Source: a virus
Taxonomy: Duplodnaviria; Caudoviricetes
IMG/VR virus record: IMGVR_UViG_2848092901_000003
Coordinates: 18,022-82,021 of that record
DNA: 64,000 nt
Reading direction: 5' to 3' (one strand)
Numbering within the stretch: position 1 is the first letter of the stretch; each line of letters begins with the position of its first letter. Shown piece by piece: positions 27,364-37,229 of the stretch. The position numbers and the translations under genes were made by a program. The notes below the pieces were generated by a model. That model saw only the letters and a program-made list of their open reading frames with translations, did no database searches and was not told the DNA's origin.

Positions 27364-28335
27364 ATGGCTTACACAAACAGTTCACTGGTATCTTACACAA
27401 AACTCAGCCCGAACCACTCCGGGGAGAGGACGCACTCCATCGACCGCATCACGCCCCACTGTGTGGTAGGACAATGCTCTGTGGAAACACTGGGGAATAT
27501 CTTCCTGCCGGTTTCCAAACAGGCAAGCTGCAACTATGGTATCGGCGAGGACGGCAGAATCGGAATGTATGTAGAGGAAAAGAACCGCTCCTGGTGTTCC
27601 TCTTCCAATGCAAACGACCAGAGGGCGGTCACCATTGAGTGCGCGTCCGATACGACCGAGCCGTATGCCTTCAAGGATGTGGTCTACCAAAAGCTGATCA
27701 CGCTCTGCGCGGATATCTGCAAGCGAAACGGCAAGAAAAAGCTCCTGTGGCTGGGAGACAAGGACAAGACGCTCTCTTATGAGCCAAAATCGGATGAGAT
27801 GGTTCTGACCGTCCACCGCTGGTTTGCCAACAAGTCCTGTCCGGGAAACTGGATGTATGCCCGGATGGGCGATCTTGCGGAAAAGGTCACGGCGCAGCTT
27901 GGCGGCGGGATATCCGGGAACACAGAGACGGAGCATCCCGAAAAGCTGACAGAGGGCTATTACCGTGTCCGCAAGACATGGGCGGACAGTAAGACGCAGA
28001 AAGGCGCTTACAAGATTCTCTCTAACGCCAAGAGGTGCGCCGACAGCAACCCAGGCTACAGCGTGTTTGACGATAACGGGGTCAATATCTACTCGCCGGG
28101 CGGGCCTGCTTCTGCGCCGTCCGAAGATGTGCCATTTCTTGTCCAGGTCAGCATTTCTGACCTGAATATCCGCAAAGGGCCGGGAACGGACTATGCCAAG
28201 ACCGGTAAGTTTACAGGAAAAGGCGTATTTACCATCATGGAGGTCAAATCCGGGCAGGGTTCCACGGCTGGCTGGGGCCGGCTGAAATCCGGCGCGGGAT
28301 GGATCTCGCTTGACTACGCAGCCAAAATCAAATAA
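27364..28335 (+). CDS. Endolysin: N-acetylmuramoyl-L-alanine amidase with C-terminal SH3-like binding domain
   Basis: ITPHCVVG, ASCNYGIG, TIEC and HRWFANKSCPG; C-terminal LNIRKGPG..WGRLKSGAGWISL. Confidence 0.9.
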   Translation: MAYTNSSLVSYTKLSPNHSGERTHSIDRITPHCVVGQCSVETLGNIFLPVSKQASCNYGIGEDGRIGMYVEEKNRSWCSSSNANDQRAVTIECASDTTEPYAFKDVVYQKLITLCADICKRNGKKKLLWLGDKDKTLSYEPKSDEMVLTVHRWFANKSCPGNWMYARMGDLAEKVTAQLGGGISGNTETEHPEKLTEGYYRVRKTWADSKTQKGAYKILSNAKRCADSNPGYSVFDDNGVNIYSPGGPASAPSEDVPFLVQVSISDLNIRKGPGTDYAKTGKFTGKGVFTIMEVKSGQGSTAGWGRLKSGAGWISLDYAAKIK

Positions 28336-28350
28336 CTTAACCTGCTGAAA

Positions 28351-28389
28351 GCCCATCGAGCCATAACGGTTCGGTGGGCGTATTTTTTT
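28351..28389 (+). terminator. Rho-independent terminator after endolysin
   Basis: GCCCATCGAGCC/GGTTCGGTGGGC stem followed by a T run. Confidence 0.7.
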
Positions 28390-28455
28390 CGGCCAAAATA
28401 GGCTTCTATGTCCAGATGGGTCATTGAGGGAAACCCTCGGAACGGAGGAACCACA

Positions 28456-28878
28456 ATGACAAATCAGCAAAAAGAACAGATTACCGCCCTGCGCTCACAG
28501 GGATATGGATACGCCACCATCGCCAAGGCGGTGGGACTGAAGAAAGATACCGTTGTCGCGTTCTGCCGTAAGATGGGAATGACCGGCACGAAGGCTGCAG
28601 ATAACAGACGCATTGAACTGGACGCCGGATTCTGCCTGCAGTGCGGCGCTTTGCTTACGCAGACTCCCGGAAGAAAGCGAGTCAAGTTCTGCTCGGATAA
28701 CTGCCGTACCGCCTGGTGGAATGCACACCCGGAAAAGGTCAACCGCAGAGCCATATACCACTTCACCTGCGCTCACTGCGGAAAGCCCTTCACTGCCTAC
28801 GGCAACGCAAAAAGAAAATACTGCTCTCACGCCTGCTATATCGCAGACCGCTACAAAGGCGGTGACGGGCATGAGTGA
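28456..28878 (+). CDS. Sigma-70 region-4-like HTH protein with zinc-finger motifs
   Basis: HTH (LRSQGYGYATIAKAVGLKKDTV) plus CxxC and FCSDNC / YCSHAC motifs. Confidence 0.75.
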   Translation: MTNQQKEQITALRSQGYGYATIAKAVGLKKDTVVAFCRKMGMTGTKAADNRRIELDAGFCLQCGALLTQTPGRKRVKFCSDNCRTAWWNAHPEKVNRRAIYHFTCAHCGKPFTAYGNAKRKYCSHACYIADRYKGGDGHE

Positions 28879-29047
28879 GGATAAATTCCGCTCTGAAATG
28901 AGCTACCTTGCCGCCCTTTCCATCGCAAAGAATCTCAGGGAAAAGGGGCTTCTGAGCGAGGAGGAATATGCCGTAATTGATACAAATCTGCGGGCCGAGT
29001 TCTCGCCGTCTTTGGGTACATTATTATCGGAAAACGACTTGATATAA
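28871..29047 (+). CDS. SHOCT-like small protein
   Basis: LREKGLLSEEEY motif; usual position before phage serine recombinases. Confidence 0.7.
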   Translation: MSEDKFRSEMSYLAALSIAKNLREKGLLSEEEYAVIDTNLRAEFSPSLGTLLSENDLI

Positions 29048-29069
29048 TTGGCTTTCAGAGTGATATATA
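29039..29069 (+). promoter_or_regulatory. Repeated promoter-like motif, copy 4 (before recombinase 1)
   Basis: TTGATA-N12-AGAGTGA; upstream TCTTTG..TTATCGGAAA is shared with copy 2. Confidence 0.65.
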
Positions 29070-29090
29070 GTGTCGGAAAGGAGTGATTTC

Positions 29091-30857
29091 ATGCGGATTG
29101 TAAATAAAATCGAAGCGAAAACACCGCAGATGCCGCGCCGCAAAAGGGTCGCTGCCTACGCAAGAGTCTCAATGGAGTCCGAGCGGCTGCAGCACTCCCT
29201 TTCGGCACAGGTCAGCTTTTACAGCAGTTTGATACAGAGCAACCCCGCCTGGGAATATGTGGGCGTATACGCCGACAACGGAATAACCGGCACCAAAGCC
29301 GAAGCCCGCGAAGAGTTCAATCGGATGATTGCCGACTGCGAAGCCGGAAAAATCGACATTGTTCTGACAAAGAGTATCTCCCGTTTCGCGCGCAACACCG
29401 TTGACCTGTTGAATACAGTGCGCAGGCTCAAGGAACTGGGCGTTTCCGTGCAATTTGAAAAGGAGCGCATCGACTCCCTCACCGAGGACGGTGAGTTGAT
29501 GCTGACCCTTTTAGCATCCTTTGCCCAGGAGGAGATACGCAGCCTGTCGGACAACGTCAAATGGGGTACCCGGAAACGATTTGAAAAAGGTATTCCCAAT
29601 GGTCGCTTTCAAATCTACGGGTACCGCTGGGAGGGCGATCATCTGGTTGTCCATGAGGAGGAGGCAAAGATCGTTCGGCTCATCTACGACAATTACATGA
29701 ATGGTTTATCAGCGGAAACCACAGAGAAGCAGCTTGCCGAGATGGGTGTGAAATCCTATAAGGGCCAGCACTTCGGCAATACCTCTATCAGACAGATCCT
29801 CGGCAACATCACTTATACGGGCAACCTTCTGTTCCAGAAGGAATATGTGCAGGACCCCATCAGCAAGAAAAGCAAAATTAACCGTGGGGAGCTGCCGCAG
29901 TATTTCGTGAAGAACACCCACGAAGCCATCATCCCGATGGAGGTCTACCAGGCGGTGCAGACCGAGAAAGCGCGCCGCCGGGAGCTTGGGGCTTTGGCAA
30001 ACTGGAGCATCAATACCTCCTGCTTTACCAGCAAAATCAAGTGCGGTCGGTGCGGAAAGAGCTATCAGCGCTCCAACCGCAAGGGACGAAAAGATCCTGA
30101 CGCTAACTACACCATCTGGGTCTGCGGGACTCGAAGAAAAACCGGGAATGCCAAGTGCCAAAACAAGGACATCCCAGAACAGATACTCAAGGAAGCCTGC
30201 GCTGTGGTCATGGGACTGGATACGTTTGATGAGATCATCTTTTCAGAGCAGATCGACCGCATTGAGATCCCTGCTCCGAATGAGATGATTTTCTATTTTA
30301 AGGATGGCCACATTGTACCGCACCACTGGGAATCCACCATGCGGAAGGACTGCTGGACGGATGAGCGCAGAGCCGCCAAGGGACGGTATGTGCAGGAGCA
30401 TCAGCTCGGCCCCAACACTTCCTGCTTTACCAGCCGCATTCGCTGCGACAGCTGCGGCGAGAACTACCGCAGGCAGCGTTCACGGCACAAAGATGGCAGC
30501 TTTGATTCCGTATGGCGATGTGCGTCAGGCGGAAAATGCCAAAGCCCCAGCATCAAGGAAGATGCCCTCAAAAACCTCTGTGCGGACGCTATGGGTCTGG
30601 AGGAATTTAGTGAGACGGTTTTCCGTGAGCAGATTGTCTGCATTCACATCACGGCTCCATATCAGCTTTCCATCCGCTTCTTTGACGGGCATACCTTCGA
30701 GACGGCATGGGAAAACAAGCGGAAGATGCCCCGGCATACAGAGGAGCGAAAACAGCATATGCGAGAAGTAATGATACAGAGATGGAGGGAAAAACGTGGC
30801 GAAAGTAACGACAATACCGGCGACGATAAGCCGATTCACGGCAACGCCGATCAATGA
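29091..30857 (+). CDS. Large serine recombinase 1 (duplicated Zn-ribbon/C-terminal unit)
   Basis: AAYARVS, TKSISRFARN, recombinase domain and two TSCFTS.I.C..CG..Y.R units. Confidence 0.92.
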   Translation: MRIVNKIEAKTPQMPRRKRVAAYARVSMESERLQHSLSAQVSFYSSLIQSNPAWEYVGVYADNGITGTKAEAREEFNRMIADCEAGKIDIVLTKSISRFARNTVDLLNTVRRLKELGVSVQFEKERIDSLTEDGELMLTLLASFAQEEIRSLSDNVKWGTRKRFEKGIPNGRFQIYGYRWEGDHLVVHEEEAKIVRLIYDNYMNGLSAETTEKQLAEMGVKSYKGQHFGNTSIRQILGNITYTGNLLFQKEYVQDPISKKSKINRGELPQYFVKNTHEAIIPMEVYQAVQTEKARRRELGALANWSINTSCFTSKIKCGRCGKSYQRSNRKGRKDPDANYTIWVCGTRRKTGNAKCQNKDIPEQILKEACAVVMGLDTFDEIIFSEQIDRIEIPAPNEMIFYFKDGHIVPHHWESTMRKDCWTDERRAAKGRYVQEHQLGPNTSCFTSRIRCDSCGENYRRQRSRHKDGSFDSVWRCASGGKCQSPSIKEDALKNLCADAMGLEEFSETVFREQIVCIHITAPYQLSIRFFDGHTFETAWENKRKMPRHTEERKQHMREVMIQRWREKRGESNDNTGDDKPIHGNADQ

Positions 30858-32367
30858 AAAGAAAAAGCGCCGCACCGCCGCCTACGCCCGTGTTTCCACG
30901 GACAGCGAGGAGCAGCTCACCAGCTACAGCGCCCAGGTGGACTATTACACCAACTATATCAAAAGCCGGGACGATTGGGAGTTTGTTTCCGTGTATACGG
31001 ACGAGGGCATAACGGGTACGAATACCAAGCACCGCGAGGGATTCAAACGCATGGTGGCGGATGCACTGGCTGGCAAGATAGACCTCATCGTCACCAAATC
31101 GGTCAGCCGCTTTGCCCGAAATACGGTAGACAGCCTGACCACGGTGCGCCAGCTCAAGGAAAAAGGCGTGGAGATCTATTTTGAGAAAGAAAACATCTGG
31201 ACCTTGGACAGCAAGGGCGAACTGCTCATCACCATCATGTCCTCACTGGCGCAGGAGGAAAGCCGCAGCATTTCAGAGAACTGTACCTGGGGACAGAGAA
31301 AACGGTTTGCTGACGGGAAGGTCACCGTGCCATTCAAACGGTTTCTCGGCTATGATCGGGGACCCGATGGCAATCTGGTTTTGAATAAGGACGAAGCGGT
31401 TATCATCCGCCGCATTTACAGTATGTTCCTGCAAGGCATGACGCCGCACGGCATTGCCGCCAGGCTAACCGCTGACGGCATTAAATCGCCGGGCGGCAAG
31501 GATAAATGGAACGCCGGAGCGGTTCGGAGTATCCTCACTAACGAAAAATATAAGGGTGATGCACTTCTTCAGAAAAGCTATACGGTTGATTTCCTCACCA
31601 AAAAGAAAAAGGTCAACGAGGGCGAAATTCCGCAGTATTATGTGGAGGGCAACCACGAAGCCATCATTTCCCCAGAGGTATTCGAGATGGTTCAGCAGGA
31701 AATGGAACGGCGCAGCAAGCGCGGTAGACGAAGCGGTGTCCACCTTTTCTCCGGCAAAATTCGCTGTGGCGAATGCGGAAGCTGGTACGGCTCCAAAACC
31801 TGGCACTCCAATGATAAGTACAAAAAGATCATCTGGCAGTGCAATCACAAATTTGATGGCGACCACAAATGCACCACACCACACCTTACAAATGAAGATA
31901 TCCACCGCTACTTTATTTCGGCAGTCAACCAGCTTCTTGCCCAGAAGGATACCATCATCGCATCCTTGACCGGCGGCTTGGCCCTTGCCTTTGACCTCAC
32001 GCCTCTGCAAGCCCAAGAAACTGCACTGATTGAGGAAGTACAGATGCTTGCCGATGCGGTTGAAAAGTGCATCTACGAAAATGCTCATGTGGCCCTTGAC
32101 CAGACAGAATACCAGAAACGCTATGACGGACTGGTCCACCGCTACGATGAAGCTAAAGTCAAACTGGGTGCCATCACCGAGCAGATCGCCGATAAAAAGG
32201 CACGGAGAGGCACTATTGAGGAGTTCCTCAAGGTTCTCCGGGAGCAGGACGGACTGGTCACCGATTTTCAAACAAACCTCTGGTGCGGACTGGTGGATTT
32301 TATGACCGTCTACTCCGCAGACGATGTGCGGATCACCTTCAAAAACGGTGCGGAAATAAAGGCATAA
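30796..32367 (+). CDS. Large serine recombinase 2
   Basis: AAYARVSTD, TKSVSRFARN, Zn ribbon CGECG..C. Confidence 0.93.
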   Translation: MAKVTTIPATISRFTATPINEKKKRRTAAYARVSTDSEEQLTSYSAQVDYYTNYIKSRDDWEFVSVYTDEGITGTNTKHREGFKRMVADALAGKIDLIVTKSVSRFARNTVDSLTTVRQLKEKGVEIYFEKENIWTLDSKGELLITIMSSLAQEESRSISENCTWGQRKRFADGKVTVPFKRFLGYDRGPDGNLVLNKDEAVIIRRIYSMFLQGMTPHGIAARLTADGIKSPGGKDKWNAGAVRSILTNEKYKGDALLQKSYTVDFLTKKKKVNEGEIPQYYVEGNHEAIISPEVFEMVQQEMERRSKRGRRSGVHLFSGKIRCGECGSWYGSKTWHSNDKYKKIIWQCNHKFDGDHKCTTPHLTNEDIHRYFISAVNQLLAQKDTIIASLTGGLALAFDLTPLQAQETALIEEVQMLADAVEKCIYENAHVALDQTEYQKRYDGLVHRYDEAKVKLGAITEQIADKKARRGTIEEFLKVLREQDGLVTDFQTNLWCGLVDFMTVYSADDVRITFKNGAEIKA

Positions 32368-32381
32368 GCACCTACGCAAAA

Positions 32382-32426
32382 ACACCTCGCAACGAGAGCA
32401 TCATTCTCCAGCTGCGAGGTGTCTTT
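32382..32426. terminator. Hairpin terminator between convergent recombinase and abiH
   Basis: ACACCTCGCA / TGCGAGGTGT 10-bp stem with A/T runs on both flanks. Confidence 0.7.
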
Positions 32427-32435
32427 TGCTATTGA

Positions 32436-33392
32436 TTAGTCATCCCAAAACATTCTGCTGGGAAGAAAATAGGTTTCAAATTTCCTGGAAAGTCCTAGAA
32501 TTCCAAATACATCTTTAAGTCTTTTTTTATCGTCTTCACTATAATAATAAATAATCCATTTTGATGTTGGCTTTATTTCTTCAGCAATTCGCAAGAGATA
32601 AGGAGTGTCTACATTCCCAAACGACAAACCTATGGATACTACTTGCTCTATATCTTTTAGACTTGAAAAAAACGATTCATTTCTCGATATAATTGCATCC
32701 GTGTCTTTATATAATGACGAGCAAAATTTTGCTATCGCGGAGCATATACTTTCTTCCCATTCTACGAACTCTTCACTTGCACACTGTGCTCTTCGTTTGT
32801 AATAATCTATAATAAATTTATTTCCATGCCCCATGATGGGTGGTATTGCAGAGCATGATGGTACTCCTCCATGCAAGTGAAGAACTGTTTTTACCCCATA
32901 TACCCGCTCTAGGACATCTGTATAATTAAAATTAATGAAAATATCAGAACAATTTCCTATGAAACTCTTTTTAATGGGGCACACACCTGATGTATCTATA
33001 GACTCTAACCACTCAAGTACATATTTCTGTAAATCTGAAGAAAACCCATACTGTTCCTTCCAGTGAAGATCCAGAGTATATTTTATACCTTCTTCTGGCA
33101 TTTGCTCTGCAAGGGAACTTGCCATATCGTGCATTCCTTCTACATCTGGGTTACCCATTTCTTCCTCAAATGTTTGCCATAAATCTTTTAGCACTGATTT
33201 TTTCCATCTTTCTTGTGCCGCTTCAGTGTACCAAGGCTCTGTATCATCTAAAGGCTGAATGTTATACATAGCCTCAAAATCCGTTAGAAATGACTCATGA
33301 TGCGTTTCTAAGAAACTTCTGAACTCAGAATATGGAGTTCTAATACCATGCTGTATGTCGAAACCGTTTCCTACCAAATACAATGTTTTCAT
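32436..33392 (-). CDS. abiH: AbiH-family abortive infection protein
   Basis: LYLVGNGFDIQHG..T.Y.EF, INFNYTD, LHLHG and IGLSFGNVD motifs; AT-rich. Confidence 0.85.
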   Translation of the reverse strand: MKTLYLVGNGFDIQHGIRTPYSEFRSFLETHHESFLTDFEAMYNIQPLDDTEPWYTEAAQERWKKSVLKDLWQTFEEEMGNPDVEGMHDMASSLAEQMPEEGIKYTLDLHWKEQYGFSSDLQKYVLEWLESIDTSGVCPIKKSFIGNCSDIFINFNYTDVLERVYGVKTVLHLHGGVPSCSAIPPIMGHGNKFIIDYYKRRAQCASEEFVEWEESICSAIAKFCSSLYKDTDAIISRNESFFSSLKDIEQVVSIGLSFGNVDTPYLLRIAEEIKPTSKWIIYYYSEDDKKRLKDVFGILGLSRKFETYFLPSRMFWDD

Positions 33393-33421
33393 GTTATTCC
33401 TCCTATTTGAACGGCAATATA

Positions 33422-33450
33422 AAAATAGCCGGGATGCCCCGGTCTGTCAA
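33422..33450 (-). promoter_or_regulatory. Sigma-A promoter for abiH
   Basis: Minus strand TTGACA-N17-TATTTT, then AGGAGG SD. Confidence 0.65.
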
Positions 33451-33499
33451 CACACCCCAAGAGCAGATTTTACACCGCAAGGGCACACTTTTTAATTTT

Positions 33500-33540
33500 A
33501 CCCATACCTTGTATCAAACTCGGTATGATTATTTCTAAAA
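33500..33540. other. Candidate prophage att junction
   Basis: ICE gene breaks after ..GNILE; adjacent imperfect inverted repeat ATACC-N13-GGTAT (33504-33526). Confidence 0.55.
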
Positions 33541-36500
33541 TGTTTCCCTGTTTAAATCCCATATCCGAAAGCGTCTTATATATTCCGTCAATTACGGTTT
33601 TCGGTGTATAAAAGCTCGTTAAAGTAGATTCTCTTGCAGCTTCGTATTCTGCATGTGATAAGTTCTCATTTAGAAAAGCCCTTGCTTCTTTCCACTGACC
33701 TTCCTTGCTTTCATCAAAGACTTCGGAAAGTCCGCCCCAGCCTACATACCTTGCTAAAACTTCCTGAGCTGTACTGTCAAGCTCTCTTTGTCCGCTCTCC
33801 ACTCTGTTAAGCATGGAAATTGCTTCAAGGTTATTATTTAACCTTTCGCTTGGACTTAACTTTTCAGGGAGCGTTTCTTCTGTAATTTTAAAGTTATGAG
33901 CTTCCGCTTTCCTTATTTGAGTTTCCTCAGTAGTCTGCTCTGGCTGTTTATATGTCAGGTTTTCAAATACCCTCTCAAGGTCGCTTTCCAGACGATAAGG
34001 AATGACATCGAAGCTTGTTATCATCCCGCCAAAATACTCGGTGTTGTCCTTCACCGTTACCGTATTTAGGTTCTTTCTCATATCATCAAAGCGTGTTATG
34101 GTATGGTTTTTGTCCTTGTATTTAACTTCATCACCGACAATAAAGTTCGGTCTTTCAAGACTTATTTTATTCAGCAAGTCCTCATTATCTGTAAAGTCTA
34201 CAATCGGAATTTGATGGTTTCCACTTCTTACCGGATCAAGCCACAAATCATATCTTCCTGTGATTTCATTTTTAGAAATTTCTCTGACTTTATATTCTTC
34301 ATGATTAAAATAGACGGTATCGCCTGCTTTAACTGCAAACTCTTCTAAAAGGCTGTCCTCTTTTTCATTCAGTTCTACTTCTTCTCTTTCTTTGAGGTAA
34401 TCAAATAAGGTAGCTTGAACTGTGCCACGCTTTGTAGCTTCTTCTGTTTCTTCAGGTGCTTCAAGCTCTACTTTATCTTCAAAGCTAAGTTCTCCATTAA
34501 AGACAAACTGAAGCTCCTGCTCATCCATTTGTTTTATAAGCTCTATATCTTTAAGTTCTCTAAAGGTCTTTGGAAAATCCTCTAAAATGAGCCTCTGGGC
34601 ATTTAATTCTTTCAGTTCCTCAAGGTTAAAATATCCCCATTCAGGCTCTATTCCAAGAACAAGTCCAAAGGCATCACCGCTTTCCCTGTCATACTCCGTC
34701 ATATACCAAGTCCAATTTGAACGAAAAGGAATAATATATGCTGCATGAACCTGCTTATCCGCTAAATCTACATCCTCCTGTGCGTAAATCTCTGGCACTC
34801 TTTCAAGAATTTCATCAGGCATTAGATTTCCAGGATCATTTTTAGAATAATATTGCGGTTCTTTTACTTCTTCTATCTCTGCCGTACTTTCTGTTTCCTT
34901 TTCCTCAAAATAAAGTTTTTTAGAAAGCAGCTCATCAATATGCTTTGCAACACTTGTCCAAGTAAGGAACACATCATTACAATCATTCTTCTGTAATTTA
35001 AAACCCTTTGCATCGTGCCATTCATCACTTCCCATTGCACCTGACACAACGTGAGAATGTCCTCCGATTCCATATTCATCTTTTAGGAAATTGGCTTTTT
35101 CCTGCAAAGTATGATTTTCTTTAAAAAACTTGGTGATTCGTTCTTTTCCTCTATCAACGCCGCTTCCTCTTGAAAGGCTTTCAAGGACTTCATCTTCTGT
35201 AATAAAGAGCTTTACCTTCGGAAGTTCTGTCAGATTGGTACTATATTCCTTTCGTTGCAGCTCAAGTTCTTGCAACTTCTGATAAAGACTATCTACCTTG
35301 TGATAATGATACCTTAATACATTTCTGCTTTCTTTGTATCCTTCTAAAAACCTGCTATATTCTTTGATTGTTTCTTTCAGATATTCAGGATTTTTTAATG
35401 CTTCAGATAATCTTTTCGTTTCTTGCGGAAAGCCACCACCTCTTTCAAAAGAGTTGAAATATCCTTGCTCTATTCCTTCTTCGCTTAAATCGTGCGTTAG
35501 ATACCATAAGGATTCTGAAATTCTATCCCTTTCATAGTCCTGTGCCTCTAAAAGTTCTACATTTGTAGCAAACTCACCTCTGTCAAGAAGTTCATTTATC
35601 CTACTTGCTGCATCACTCCAACTTAAAATTTGTGTATTATCCTCTCTTGCCGATGTTCCATAAGCTAAATGAATACCTTTATCCGAATACCAGGAAGATA
35701 CTTCTCTTTCATCAATGTAAAATCCGTTTCCGCCTTTAAAGGTATCTTTGAGGTATTCTCCCAATTCTTCTATGCTCTTGCCTTTTGAAAACTCAGCAAT
35801 AACAGGAAGCCTACCGCCATCATGATTTCCTCCGTTAATAAGGACGGTATCTATATCCTTCTCAGTTAGCGGAATAGTAAGGCTTATCTGTCCATAAGAA
35901 TTTTCGGGTAAAGAAAAAGAAGCCTTTTCAGCTTCTATTATCCCTTTATCCGTATTGTCTTTTAAATCTCCACTACTTCCTTGATGGTCATTTCTTTGAG
36001 AGCTGAAATCATCGCCCCATACTGCGGATTGTTCTCGTCCTCTATCTTCCAAGCTGCTATCAACTTTGGCTTCTCTGCTCTCATAAACTCTACTGCCTGT
36101 TTCTGAATATCCATCAGGTGTCCTGTCAGCTTCTTCTCCTTGTATAGATCCAAAAGCATCTCGAAGTGGCTCTGCTCCTCGCTCTGTGAAAGGTAATTCA
36201 GCCTCATCACTGCGTAGGTCGGATTCGGATACTTCCTTATAAAGTCCGTCTGTTCCTCCAAGCTGTTTAGCGTATTCTCCCTGATTTTTTCTATTATCTC
36301 GTCCGTACTCTCCATTTCGGAGAACTCGCTCGTTTTCATTTCTTTCCTGATCATCTCGTCGAAATACATTTTCTTCTACCTCCTCTAATTCTTCTTTAAT
36401 TTTATTATATCCCGCTTCTTTTCCTATTAAAACTTCTTTTTGAAGCTCAAGCTCTTTGCTTTTTTGAATGGTTTCATCAATAATCTTTCCGCTAATATCC

Positions 36501-37147
36501 GATACACTTTCACCAAGGCTCATTAAGGATATGCTGTCAAATCTTTGAAAATTTTCTCTTAAAAGCTCATAATCCATCGGATAATCTAACTTAAATCTTG
36601 AAGCTACCGCATAGCTTACCGAGTCCCTTACAAACTTGGTAAATGATATTCTATCCTCATCCGCTACTCTAAGTTCATTCATTAAGGTATCTATTTTTTC
36701 ATCACCGTAGAGTCTGCTTAAAGAAAAGATGTTTTCAAGTGTGCTTTCACTTTCCTCATAGCCCTCGCTTTTTATCATTTCCTTTAAGACATCTTGATGG
36801 GCTTCTTTATCAAATCTCCAAAGATTGACCTCGTTGACATCCCTGTTTTTTGAAACTGTCTGGCTTATATCAAAGATATAGTCCACCTTTTTATATGTGC
36901 CGTAATCCTCTAAAATTGGTATCCCTTTCTGCCCTCGCATAACCGTTCGGTTAAAGCGTTCCCTCCAGTAGTCGAACTTGGCACAGGCTGTCGCTTCAGG
37001 ATTTTTATCATATATACTTAATTGACTTCTAAAATCATACCTTTGATTGTTTCCGACAACTTTTAGGAGCTTTAGATATTCTGCTTCATTATACAAAACA
37101 TCTTGTTTTATTAGCTCCAAAATGTTATGAAAATCATTTATTCGCAT
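33533..37147 (-). pseudogene. 5' part of ICE DNA methylase/SNF2 helicase gene, interrupted by the prophage
   Basis: LARYVGWGGL and STLTSFYTPK, then MTase motif I GNILE is broken; SNF2 domains are absent; the ORF reads about 20 foreign codons to 33470. Confidence 0.85.
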
Positions 37148-37229
37148 TTTTACCTCCTTCTTTTTTCAAACAAAAAAGGCGGTTAGATTTTACTCTAATC
37201 ACCTTCGCTATATACCAAATATTATTACT

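Larger units (their letters stand above)
1..33532 (+). mobile_element. Prophage (HK97-like siphovirus, serine-recombinase type); left part lies outside the window
   Basis: Co-oriented packaging, head, tail, lysis and recombinase modules. GC-rich sequence ends near 33,530, where it abuts an interrupted ICE gene. Confidence 0.95.

Noticed and set aside
33470-37147. Treating the 1225-aa ORF as a complete protein
   Set aside because: It breaks inside MTase motif I, and the last ~20 codons come from the prophage end.
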